Assembly: GCF_003324675.1 (NCBI RefSeq)
Contig: NZ_CP030918.1
Span: 1,650,001-1,682,000 of the forward strand
DNA from: Paracoccus suum
Lineage (GTDB): Bacteria > Pseudomonadota > Alphaproteobacteria > Rhodobacterales > Rhodobacteraceae
Direction: 5' to 3'
Length of the DNA: 32,000 bases
The notes under the pieces are model-generated. The model made no database searches, had not been told where the DNA came from, and saw only the letters and a list, made by a program, of their open reading frames with translations. The position numbers and the translations under genes are program-made. Below are positions 16,876-24,470 of this stretch, in pieces; positions within the stretch are counted from its first letter, which is position 1; each line of letters starts with the position of its first letter.

Positions 16876-17826
16876 TCAGTTTGCCGGCGGGATGACGACC
16901 GGAACGGTGGTCGAACTGCCCGTCGTCGCCGGCGCAGGGGTGGTGGCGGCCGGGGCGGGCGCGGGCGCGGTTGCGGCCGGGGTGCTGGGCGCCGGCGTTG
17001 TTGCGGCGGGCGCCGGGGTCGTCGGCGCGGCAGGCGTCGTCGTCGGGGTGGGCGTAGCCGCTGGGGCCGGGGTAGTCGTCGCCGGGGTCGTGGAGGTCGT
17101 CGGCGCGGGCGTCGTGGTGGTCGACGGGGCCGGGGTGGCGGGGGTCGGAGTTGTCGGCGTGGTGGTCGCCGGCTCGGGCGACGTGGTGGGCGCGGGCTTC
17201 GCCGGGGTCACGGGTTTTTTCGGCGCGGCCTTCTTGGGCGTTGCTTTCTTGGCGGCCGGCGCCGCGGCCGCGACGGCCTTGGGCACTGGCAGGGCGGCGA
17301 CGTCAAAGCCCTTGGGCTCGCTGCCGCTCGGCGCGGCGCAGCCTTCCAGCTTGGCGCCGGCGACACGCAGCGTGGCACTCATCGGCCAGCGGGCGCCGCT
17401 CGCATCACGGCAGTCGGCGGCGCGCAGGTTGATCGAGGCGGTGCGCTCGGCATAGGTACCGACGAACTCGGTGCCTTGCCCGAAATCGACCCGGCGCACG
17501 TTCACCTGGGCGTCCTTGACCCCGGCGCGGCGCACGGCGGCGTTGTTGCCGCGCACGGCGGCAACCCAGCCGGGACCCGAGGCGGTGAAGTTGGCAACGT
17601 TGACGAAGGCTGCGTTGGCAGTGCCCAGCGTGGTGCGCTGGCCCTCGACCTCGATCGGGACTTCCAGCGGCGAGACTGCGGGCGCGCGGGGCGTCGCCGG
17701 TGCGACCGGGGCCGCGGGGGCAGCCTCGGGCTTGCCGAAACCGGGCAGGTTGGAGAGCATCTTGCTGTCGCAGGCCGCAAGGGTCAGCGGCAGCAGGGCA
17801 AGCAGGGCGGCGCGGCGCAAAAACAT
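16876..17826 (-). CDS. Lipoprotein with a two-Cys globular domain and a 136-aa Lys/Pro/Ala then Pro/Thr/Ala-rich C-terminal tail
   Basis: 316 aa from ATG 17826, with GAGGGA upstream. The signal peptide plus lipobox is MFLRRAALLALLPLTLAAC. The domain pattern ...FTASGPGW...C-RDASG...L-EGC resembles COG3650/MliC-like lipoproteins, but that assignment is weak. The tail is KKATPKKAAPKKPVTPAKPAPTTSPEPATTTPTTPTPATPAPSTTTTP...VVIPPAN. Confidence 0.7.
   Translation of the reverse strand: MFLRRAALLALLPLTLAACDSKMLSNLPGFGKPEAAPAAPVAPATPRAPAVSPLEVPIEVEGQRTTLGTANAAFVNVANFTASGPGWVAAVRGNNAAVRRAGVKDAQVNVRRVDFGQGTEFVGTYAERTASINLRAADCRDASGARWPMSATLRVAGAKLEGCAAPSGSEPKGFDVAALPVPKAVAAAAPAAKKATPKKAAPKKPVTPAKPAPTTSPEPATTTPTTPTPATPAPSTTTTPAPTTSTTPATTTPAPAATPTPTTTPAAPTTPAPAATTPAPSTPAATAPAPAPAATTPAPATTGSSTTVPVVIPPAN
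16879..17286 (-). repeat. Low-complexity Pro/Thr/Ala (mucin-like) coding region
   Basis: Covers aa 181-316 of the lipoprotein. The plus-strand mirror frame gives the spurious Gly/Val/Ala ORF 16835..17455. Confidence 0.85.
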
Positions 17827-17936
17827 GGATGTCCCTCGGGGATTTTTCGTGTCCGTTGTTCGCGCCCTAGCGCATCGCCCCGGGCGGCGGCAAGCGCCAT
17901 GGCCCCCGCGCAGCCCCAGTTGGCGGAAAAGTGCAG

Positions 17937-19010
17937 TCATCCGGCCTTATCGGGGGGTGGCCCCTCGCCGCGAAATGTCGGGCTCGCGAGCCAGCGATCG
18001 TCCAGCCAGCGCACGACTACCCCGAGGCTCGCCGCAATCGGCACCGCCAGCAGCAGTCCGGCGAAGCCGAACAGGCTGCCGAAAACGGCCAGCGAGACCA
18101 GCAGCCAGACGGGGTGCAGTTTGACGCTGTCGCCGACGATGCGGGGTGTGATCACATTGCCTTCGACCACCTGACCAAAGACGAACACGAGACCCACGAC
18201 GGCAATGTGCCACCAGTTGCCCCAAAACTGGACGGTTGCCACCCCAAGCGCAATGCCGAAGGCGACGAACGAGCCGAGCCAGGGAATGAAGTTAAGAACC
18301 CCGGCCAGGATGGCGATAATCAAGGCATATTTCAGCCCCAGAGCCATCAGCGTGACCCCATAGAAGGTTGCGAGCAGCAGACCGACGATGAACTGGCCGC
18401 GCACGAAGCCGCTCAGCACGCCATCGATGTCTAGCGCGAGGCGGCGGATCAGCGGGGCGCGGTCGCGGGGCAGGCGCCGGTCCACGGCCGCCACCATGCG
18501 GTCCCAGTCATACAGCATGTAGATAGCGACTGTGGGGGTGATGATGAACACAAACACCGTCGAGATCACGCTGACCACGGATCTAAGCGTTCCGGTCAGC
18601 AGGCGCAGGGTCGTCAGGCGAAATTTCTCGGACAGGTCGATCAAGGTGCGGTTCAGAAAGCCCCCCGGCTCCATCATGTGGGGGAACTGGTCGGTCAGCA
18701 GGGCGATGGCGGCGTTGACCGTGGCCGGGGTGGCGTTCACCAGCTGGGTCAGCTGCGCGATCAGGGTCGGAATCAGCACCACGAAGGCCATGCCGAGGAC
18801 GGCAAAGGCGACAAGCGTGATCAGCGCCGTCGCCCAGACACGCGAGAGGCCGGCGCGTTGCAGCCGGTCGGCGACTGGGTCGAGGAAATAGGCAATCGCG
18901 ATGCCCAGAACGAAGGGCACCAGCACCCCGCCGAGCCGGGACAACAGCAGGAAAGCGCATATCAGCAGCACCGCCGCAATCAGGGTATTTCGGCGGATCA
19001 TCAACAGCAT
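17937..19010 (-). CDS. AI-2E family transporter (PerM/YhhT, UPF0118)
   Basis: 357 aa from ATG 19010, with GGAGGG upstream. It has about 8 TM segments and the family-typical N-terminus VPFVLGIAIAYFLDPVADRLQRAGLSR and C-terminal region VEGNVITPRIVGDSVKLHPVWLL. Confidence 0.85.
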   Translation of the reverse strand: MLLMIRRNTLIAAVLLICAFLLLSRLGGVLVPFVLGIAIAYFLDPVADRLQRAGLSRVWATALITLVAFAVLGMAFVVLIPTLIAQLTQLVNATPATVNAAIALLTDQFPHMMEPGGFLNRTLIDLSEKFRLTTLRLLTGTLRSVVSVISTVFVFIITPTVAIYMLYDWDRMVAAVDRRLPRDRAPLIRRLALDIDGVLSGFVRGQFIVGLLLATFYGVTLMALGLKYALIIAILAGVLNFIPWLGSFVAFGIALGVATVQFWGNWWHIAVVGLVFVFGQVVEGNVITPRIVGDSVKLHPVWLLVSLAVFGSLFGFAGLLLAVPIAASLGVVVRWLDDRWLASPTFRGEGPPPDKAG

Positions 19011-19133
19011 CGCGGCCCTCCGGTCGGCGGCGGAATGGTGCGGATTGTGCTGGCGGTTGGCAAGGCCGATAGGCCAGGCGCGACGCTGCGCGATGCCGCA
19101 GGGGCGGGCCCTCGCATCGCATCGCGCGGCCAG

Positions 19134-19167
19134 CAAATAAAGGGCCCGCCGGTTTAACCGGCGGGCC
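19134..19167 (-). terminator. Intrinsic terminator of sodB
   Basis: Stem ggcccgccgg / ccggcgggcc at 19143-19167, followed on the minus strand by ctttatttg. It lies 27 nt after the sodB stop. Confidence 0.6.
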
Positions 19168-19193
19168 GCAAATCATGACCGCTTGCGGAAAAG

Positions 19194-19796
19194 TTACATG
19201 CGCGAGGCGACGTTTTCCCAGTCGACCAGATTGTCGAGGAAGTTCTTGAGGTAGTCCGGGCGCTTGTTGCGGAAATCGATGTAGTAGGAGTGCTCCCACA
19301 CATCGCAACCCAGCAGCGCGGTCTGGCCTTCCTTGACTAGCGGGTTAACGCCGTTCTCGGTCTTGGTGATCTCCAGCCCGCCGTTTGCGTTCTTGACCAG
19401 CCAGGCCCAGCCGCTGCCGAACTGGCCGACGCCGGCCTCGCTGAACTTCTTCTTGAATTCGTCGACGCTGCCGAAGGCCTGGACAATGGCGCTTTCCAGC
19501 GCGGCCGGCATGGCTTTCTTGTTCGGGGTCATCATTTCCCAGAACTGGCTGTGATTCCAGTGCTGGCTGGCGTTATTGAAGATCCCGTTCTGGGCGACGG
19601 CGCCGTCCTTGTAGGTGCCCTTGACGATTTCCTCGAGGGACTTGCCCTCCCACTCGGTGCCGGCGACCAGCTCGTTCAGCTTGTCGACGTATGCCTTGTG
19701 GTGCTTGTCGTGGTGATATTCGAGGGTTTCCTTGGACATGCCGCCCGCAGCCAGGGCGTCATGCGGATAGGGCAGATCGGGAAGGGTGAATGCCAT
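19194..19796 (-). CDS. sodB: Iron superoxide dismutase
   Basis: MAFTLPDLPYPHDAL...YHHDKHH...FNNASQHWNHSQFW...FGSGWAWL...DVWEHSYY. The Gln in the NNASQHWNH block indicates the Fe type. ATG 19796 is preceded by GAGAGGAA. Confidence 0.95.
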   Translation of the reverse strand: MAFTLPDLPYPHDALAAGGMSKETLEYHHDKHHKAYVDKLNELVAGTEWEGKSLEEIVKGTYKDGAVAQNGIFNNASQHWNHSQFWEMMTPNKKAMPAALESAIVQAFGSVDEFKKKFSEAGVGQFGSGWAWLVKNANGGLEITKTENGVNPLVKEGQTALLGCDVWEHSYYIDFRNKRPDYLKNFLDNLVDWENVASRM

Positions 19797-19830
19797 AGCG
19801 GATTCCTCTCGGTGATGGTGGCTCGCCGAA

Positions 19831-19859
19831 CCGATAGTCCGGGGCCGTCGGGGTGGCAA
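19831..19859 (-). promoter_or_regulatory. Candidate sigma70-type promoter for sodB
   Basis: Minus strand reads TTGCCA (19859-19854), a 17-nt spacer, then TATCGG (19836-19831). This is a pattern match only. Confidence 0.25.
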
Positions 19860-19889
19860 CGCCGCGTCGTGCGGGCGGTTCCGCGCGTG

Positions 19890-20417
19890 TCAGCGCGGGT
19901 CCAGCCAGGTGCCGGGCGCTGCCGCACCTTGCAGAACGCCCCCCAGATACTCTGAAACCGAGCGGAAGGCGATGACCCGCAGGCCGCCGGGCACCCGCCA
20001 GAACGCGCTGGGAACCTGGGCCGCGCGCGAGCGGCGCAGCCCGTCCGGCGGCAGGGCGGCAAAGTCGGTGGGAGAGAGTTTCGCCATCACCTGTTCGGCC
20101 CCCTCGCCCAGAACGTCAAAGACGCAGCGCATGTCCGACACATCCGCCACCAGCGAATGTTCGCCCTGCAGCGCACCGGTGACGGCGTCGAGCGCGCCCG
20201 GCACCTCGGCATGAGGCAGCATCAACAGCAGCTCGTCCGGAGACATGTAGCCGAGGGCGCGTTCCCCTGCGGTGACGATCCGGGTCTGGCCGGGCATGGC
20301 CAGGCCTACCGCCTCGGCGATGGCGTCCCCCGCGCGGTCCAGATCAGCGCGGATGGTTATCATCCCCAGGCCCTCGACCGGCACCACGCGCGCCAGGGCC
20401 GTCATCACCTCAGCCAT
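19890..20417 (-). CDS. soxG: Sarcosine oxidase subunit gamma
   Basis: 175 aa from ATG 20417, overlapping the soxA 3' end by 8 nt. It is the last gene of the soxBDAG order, and its size and sequence (ITIRADLD...SPDELLLM...) fit SoxG. Confidence 0.85.
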   Translation of the reverse strand: MAEVMTALARVVPVEGLGMITIRADLDRAGDAIAEAVGLAMPGQTRIVTAGERALGYMSPDELLLMLPHAEVPGALDAVTGALQGEHSLVADVSDMRCVFDVLGEGAEQVMAKLSPTDFAALPPDGLRRSRAAQVPSAFWRVPGGLRVIAFRSVSEYLGGVLQGAAAPGTWLDPR

Positions 20418-23376
20418 TGGCCCCCGTCCCTTCCTTGTCATAAAAGACCGGATCGACGATCCGCGCCTTGACCGAGGGGCCGCCGGGGACCGGAAACTCC
20501 AGTTCCTCGCCCATCCGCTCGGGGCCGTTATGGACCAGCCCCATCGCGATAGGCCGGCCCAGGGTCGGCGATGCATAGGTCGAGGTCACGCGGCCCTGCA
20601 CGTTGCGCTGGCCATTGGCGTTGGACCCAGGCGCCACGGCATAGGCGCCGTCTGGCAGCATCCGCCCGTCGAGGCTTTCGAGGCCGACCAGCCGCCAGCG
20701 GTCGGGGCTGGCCATGTGGCTGCGCTCTTGCGCGCGCTTGCCGATATAGTCCGGCTTTTTCTTGCTAATCGCCCAGCCGAGGTTCAGGTCCTGTGGGATG
20801 ACGGTGCCGTCGGTCTCGTCGCCGATCATGATGAAGCCCTTTTCGGCCCGCATGATATGCATCGCCTCGGTGCCATAGGGGGTCACGCCCAGCGGCTTGC
20901 CGGCGGCGATCAGTTCCTCCCACAGCGCCAGCCCGTGACCGGCGGGGGTGCAGACCTCAAAGCTCAGCTCGCCCGAGAAGCTGATGCGGTAAATGCGGAC
21001 CGGGTGGCCGCCAAGCGTGCCCTCGGCCCAGCCCATGAAGGGCAGCGCCTCGGGCGACAGGTCCATGCCGCCGAGGGCTTCCAGCAGCGTGCGCGCGTTG
21101 GGGCCGACGACCGCGATCTGGGCCGACTGCTCCGTCAGGTTGGCGGTGTAGACCTGCCAGTCGAACCATTCGCACTGCAGCCAGTCCTCCATATGGCCGT
21201 GCATCCGCTCGGCCCCGCCGGTGGTAGTGTGGCAGAGCCACGAATCCTCGGACAGGCGTGCGACGACGCCGTCGTCGGTCAGGAACCCGTTCTCGGTGCA
21301 GATGAGGCCGTAGCGGCATTTGCCGACCGGCAGCGAGGACATCATGCCGGTATAGATCATGTCGAGGAAGCGGCCGGCATCCGGCCCCTTCACGAGGATC
21401 TTGCCAAGTGTCGAGGCGTCGAGCATGCCGACCCCGCCGCCGCCATGGATGCCGCGCACCGACAGGATCTCGCGATTGACGGCGTCCTGCACGGTCTCGC
21501 CGCCCTGCGGATAGGCATAGGGCCGACGCCACAGGCCGACCGGCTCGAACACTGCGCCATGCGCCTCGTGCCAGCCGTGCATGGGCGTGCGGCGCAGTGG
21601 CTGGAACAGGGGCCCGCGCGCCTCGCCGGCAATAGCGCCAAAGGTCAGTGGCGTGTAGGGCGGCCGGAAAGTGGTAGTCCCGGTCTGCGGAATGCTCTGC
21701 GTCAAGGCATCAGATAGCAACGCAAGTCCGTTGATGTTGCTGGTTTTTCCCTGATCCGTGGCCATGCCGAGCGTGGTGTAGCGCTTGGTGTGCTCGACGC
21801 TGGCGAACCCTTCCTGCGCGGCCAGGGCGACGTCGCTGGCCTTCACGTCGTTCTGGAAATCCAGCCAGATCTTGAACCGCGCCTTGCGACTGGCGCGGGC
21901 GGGCATCAGCCAGACCGGCTGCATGGGCGCCTCGGGCGCGGCATCGGTCAGCGCGGCAAGGCGCAGATCGCCGGCCGCCGCGCCGATTGCCAGCACATTC
22001 GGCGCGCCGTCCGCGCCGATCGGCGGGCGGGCCGGGTCGGGGCGGAAAAAGGCCCCGGCCTCGTCCCACTGCAGCTTGCCGTTGCAATGGCTCCACAGAT
22101 GGACGACCGGCGACCAGCCCCCGGACATGGCGAGGCAGTCGCAATCGATGGTCTGGGCCACCGCGCCGTCGCCGTCCTGCGCGCACAGCTTGACGGCCGT
22201 AAGCTGCAACCGGCCGACCGCCTTGGCGATGCCCGTGCCGGTCAGCACCGGCACGCCCCGATCGCGCACCGCCTGGGGCAGATCGCCCTCGGCCTGCGGG
22301 CGGGCGTCGACCACCGCGGCCACCTGCAGCCCCGCGTCGAGCGCCACAAGTGCCGTGCGATAGGCATCGTCGTTATTGGTCACCACCACCAGTCGGCGGC
22401 CGGGGGCCACCGCCCAGTTGACGATGTAATCGCGCACCGCCGAGGCGAGCATGACGCCCGGCACGTCGTTGCAGACAAAGGCGAGCGGCCGTTCCACCGC
22501 GCCGGTCGCGGTCACCACCCGTCCGGCCCGGATGCGCCACAGCCGCTGGCGCGGCAGGCCGGCGTTGGGGTCGTGATCGGCAATCGCCTCGCGCGCCAGC
22601 AGGTAGCCGTGATCGTAGAGGCCGGTCGCCATGGTACGGCGGCGCAGCGTGACGTTCGGCAGATCGCGCAGTTCTGCCAGCAACGCGTCGATGCGGGCCT
22701 GGCCGTCCGGGTGATCGACGGGGGTACGGCCGCCCCAGTGCCCCTCCTGCTCGAGGACCAGCACGCGGTCGCCGGTGGCGGCGGCCTCGCGCGCCGCAGT
22801 CAGCCCGGCGATGCCGCCGCCGACGATCACCACCTCGGCAAAGTCATAGGCCTGCTCGTAGCGGTCCGGATCGGCCTCGGTCGGCGCCTTCCCGAGGCCG
22901 GCGGCCCGGCGTATCACCGGCTCGAACACATGCTTCCAGAACGGACGCGGGTGCATGAAGGTCTTGTAGTAAAAGCCCGCAGGAAAGAAACGCCACAGCG
23001 TGTCGTTGATCGCGCCGACATCGACCGCGAGGCTGGGCCAAGCGTTTTGGCTGATGGTCAGCATCCCGGGCATCAGAGGCGTGGTGGTGGCGCGCTGGTT
23101 CGGCTCGAACCGGCCACCTTGGCCGAGGCCGACGAGGGCGTTCGGCTCCTCCGCTCCGGCGGCGAGGAGGCCCCGCGGGCGGTGATACTTGAAGCTGCGG
23201 CCGATCAACCCGACGCCCGCGCCCAGCAGGGCCGAGGCGATGGTGTCGCCCTTGAAGCCGCGCAGGTGCCGCCCGTCAAAGCGGAACGCGGCGCTGTAGG
23301 CGCGGTCGATGAGCCGCCCGCCGGTGGCGAGGCGGGACGGGCCGGGGGCGGCGGTGTCGGGTGCCGGAGCGCTCAA
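20410..23376 (-). CDS. soxA: Sarcosine oxidase subunit alpha
   Basis: 988 aa. The TTG start at 23376 is preceded by GGAGGA plus 6 nt and overlaps the soxD TGA (TTGA). It has the dinucleotide-binding VVIVGGGIAGLTAAREAA, N-terminal FRFDGRHLRGFKGDTIASALL and a C-terminal GcvT-like folate-binding domain. Confidence 0.92.
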   Translation of the reverse strand: MSAPAPDTAAPGPSRLATGGRLIDRAYSAAFRFDGRHLRGFKGDTIASALLGAGVGLIGRSFKYHRPRGLLAAGAEEPNALVGLGQGGRFEPNQRATTTPLMPGMLTISQNAWPSLAVDVGAINDTLWRFFPAGFYYKTFMHPRPFWKHVFEPVIRRAAGLGKAPTEADPDRYEQAYDFAEVVIVGGGIAGLTAAREAAATGDRVLVLEQEGHWGGRTPVDHPDGQARIDALLAELRDLPNVTLRRRTMATGLYDHGYLLAREAIADHDPNAGLPRQRLWRIRAGRVVTATGAVERPLAFVCNDVPGVMLASAVRDYIVNWAVAPGRRLVVVTNNDDAYRTALVALDAGLQVAAVVDARPQAEGDLPQAVRDRGVPVLTGTGIAKAVGRLQLTAVKLCAQDGDGAVAQTIDCDCLAMSGGWSPVVHLWSHCNGKLQWDEAGAFFRPDPARPPIGADGAPNVLAIGAAAGDLRLAALTDAAPEAPMQPVWLMPARASRKARFKIWLDFQNDVKASDVALAAQEGFASVEHTKRYTTLGMATDQGKTSNINGLALLSDALTQSIPQTGTTTFRPPYTPLTFGAIAGEARGPLFQPLRRTPMHGWHEAHGAVFEPVGLWRRPYAYPQGGETVQDAVNREILSVRGIHGGGGVGMLDASTLGKILVKGPDAGRFLDMIYTGMMSSLPVGKCRYGLICTENGFLTDDGVVARLSEDSWLCHTTTGGAERMHGHMEDWLQCEWFDWQVYTANLTEQSAQIAVVGPNARTLLEALGGMDLSPEALPFMGWAEGTLGGHPVRIYRISFSGELSFEVCTPAGHGLALWEELIAAGKPLGVTPYGTEAMHIMRAEKGFIMIGDETDGTVIPQDLNLGWAISKKKPDYIGKRAQERSHMASPDRWRLVGLESLDGRMLPDGAYAVAPGSNANGQRNVQGRVTSTYASPTLGRPIAMGLVHNGPERMGEELEFPVPGGPSVKARIVDPVFYDKEGTGANG

Positions 23377-23696
23377 ATCTGCGTCCTCCAGTTCGGGTGC
23401 GCGGCGCGGACCTTGTCGCCGATCTCGTCGCTCGGATGGGCAAGCCGCGCGGGGTAGGTGCCATAGACGACCAGCGTGGCGCTGTCGCGCGCGGCCAGGA
23501 ACCATTTGCCGCAGCCATAGGCGTGGCGCCAGCGTTCGAGCACCGGACCCTTCTGGTTCTCACGCATGAACAGATAGCCTTCGAAATCCTCGTCGCTCGA
23601 GCCGGGGCCATGGCGCTTCAGATGCGCCTCGCCGCCGGGAGCGAACTCGGTTTCCTCGGCGGTGACGCCGCACAGGGGGCAGGTGAGGATCAGCAT
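23373..23696 (-). CDS. soxD: Sarcosine oxidase subunit delta
   Basis: 107 aa, MLILTCPLCG...WRHAYGCGKWF, with the zinc-binding Cys pattern typical of SoxD. Confidence 0.9.
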   Translation of the reverse strand: MLILTCPLCGVTAEETEFAPGGEAHLKRHGPGSSDEDFEGYLFMRENQKGPVLERWRHAYGCGKWFLAARDSATLVVYGTYPARLAHPSDEIGDKVRAAHPNWRTQI

Positions 23697-23757
23697 CGGG
23701 ATACCTTGGCGGGGGCGGTCTGCGGGCGGGGCATGGGGGCCGGTCGGGCGGGGGGCG

Positions 23758-24099
23758 TCATTTCGGCGGCAGCGCGGCGGTAAACCTGGCCGCGAGGCCG
23801 GTCAGCCGGGCGAGGCTTTCGGGATCGGCCCATGCTGTCTCGTCGGCGCGAATATAGCCGCCCATCCGCCGGCCCGACATCTCGATGAGGCCGACGCCAG
23901 GGACGGTCATCGCTTCGGCTACGGCCTCCTTGCCAATGCGCAGCATCACGCCCCGGTCGCTGGCGCCGCCGATCATGTTGCCATGGAGGATAAAGCAGAT
24001 CGCGCCGAACATCGGCTTTTCCTGTAACTGCGTGCCACGCGGCAGATGCGCCAGCAGGGCATCGCGCAGCAGATCCTCGACCTCCGGATCGCGCGCCAT
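23758..24099 (-). CDS. TfoX/Sxy N-terminal-domain family protein
   Basis: 113 aa. KPMFGAICFILHGNMIGG...VMLRIGKE...MSGRRMGGYIRADE...LARLTGLAARFTAALPPK fits the TfoX_N pattern. ATG 24099 is embedded in the string GGTGGCGCACTGATG, which also ends soxB. Confidence 0.7.
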   Translation of the reverse strand: MARDPEVEDLLRDALLAHLPRGTQLQEKPMFGAICFILHGNMIGGASDRGVMLRIGKEAVAEAMTVPGVGLIEMSGRRMGGYIRADETAWADPESLARLTGLAARFTAALPPK

Positions 24100-24111
24100 C
24101 AGTGCGCCACC
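24097..24111. repeat. 15-bp exact direct repeat, copy A (catcagtgcgccacc)
   Basis: Identical to 24456..24470. On the minus strand it reads GGTGGCGCACTGATG, i.e. ..VAH-stop overlapping an ATG. Confidence 0.9.
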
Positions 24112-24182
24112 GGCAGGGTTGCGAGGTCAGCCGGACGCGGAATAGAACAAATCAAGAACTCACTCCCATAGCGAGGATCAAG

Positions 24183-24440
24183 ATGTCCCATCAATACCCT
24201 CTCTGCTACCGGATCGAGGATGCGCGCTACAGAGAACTGATGGCCCGGCGCTCGGCCTACGCGGCCGAATGCGCGTTTGCATCTGCGACGCGGGCCGTCG
24301 ATGCGGCGTCCGGAGGGGATGCCGATGCTGCCGCGCTGCGCGAGATGTTCCGGCGGCAACACATCGTTTGGGCCAGTCGCGCCTCCTATCTGGCCGAGCT
24401 GGAAGACGATTGCTTCCGCTTTCCCGAGGACAGGCGCTAG
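24183..24440 (+). CDS. Hypothetical 85-aa protein on the opposite strand to the sox operon; coding strand ambiguous
   Basis: MSHQYPLCYRIEDARYRELMARRSAYAAECAF...ELEDDCFRFPEDRR. GAGGA lies 5 nt before the ATG. The composition is Ala/Arg/Glu/Asp-rich and protein-like, and hand-counted GC3 is about 74%. The exact mirror ORF 24099..24458 (-) has 68% at its third positions, is Gly/Pro/Arg-rich, and is TGATG-coupled at both ends. Confidence 0.35.
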   Translation: MSHQYPLCYRIEDARYRELMARRSAYAAECAFASATRAVDAASGGDADAAALREMFRRQHIVWASRASYLAELEDDCFRFPEDRR

Positions 24441-24455
24441 AGGGTTGCAGCAGGA

Positions 24456-24470
24456 CATCAGTGCGCCACC
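24456..24470. repeat. 15-bp exact direct repeat, copy B (catcagtgcgccacc)
   Basis: Covers the soxB stop codon and its last codons. It lies 359 bp from copy A. Confidence 0.9.

Noticed and set aside
16835-17455. 206-aa Gly/Val/Ala-rich plus-strand ORF
   Set aside because: It is the mirror of the Pro/Thr/Ala tail (ACC/GCC/CCG codons read backwards). The minus strand has an RBS, signal peptide and lipobox, and operon context with yjbH.
20272-23457. 481-aa and 555-aa plus-strand ORFs (20272..21717 and 21790..23457)
   Set aside because: They are antisense mirror frames of soxG/soxA with Arg/Gly/Ala/Pro-rich translations. The minus strand encodes an unambiguous sarcosine oxidase alpha subunit.
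23711-23755. G-quadruplex-type motif (G5, G3, G4, G5, G3 and G6 runs) on the plus strand between the TfoX-like gene and soxD
   Set aside because: It fits the G3+N1-7 pattern, but such runs are expected fairly often in DNA of this GC content. There is no independent evidence of function. It is mentioned only as context for the sox junction.
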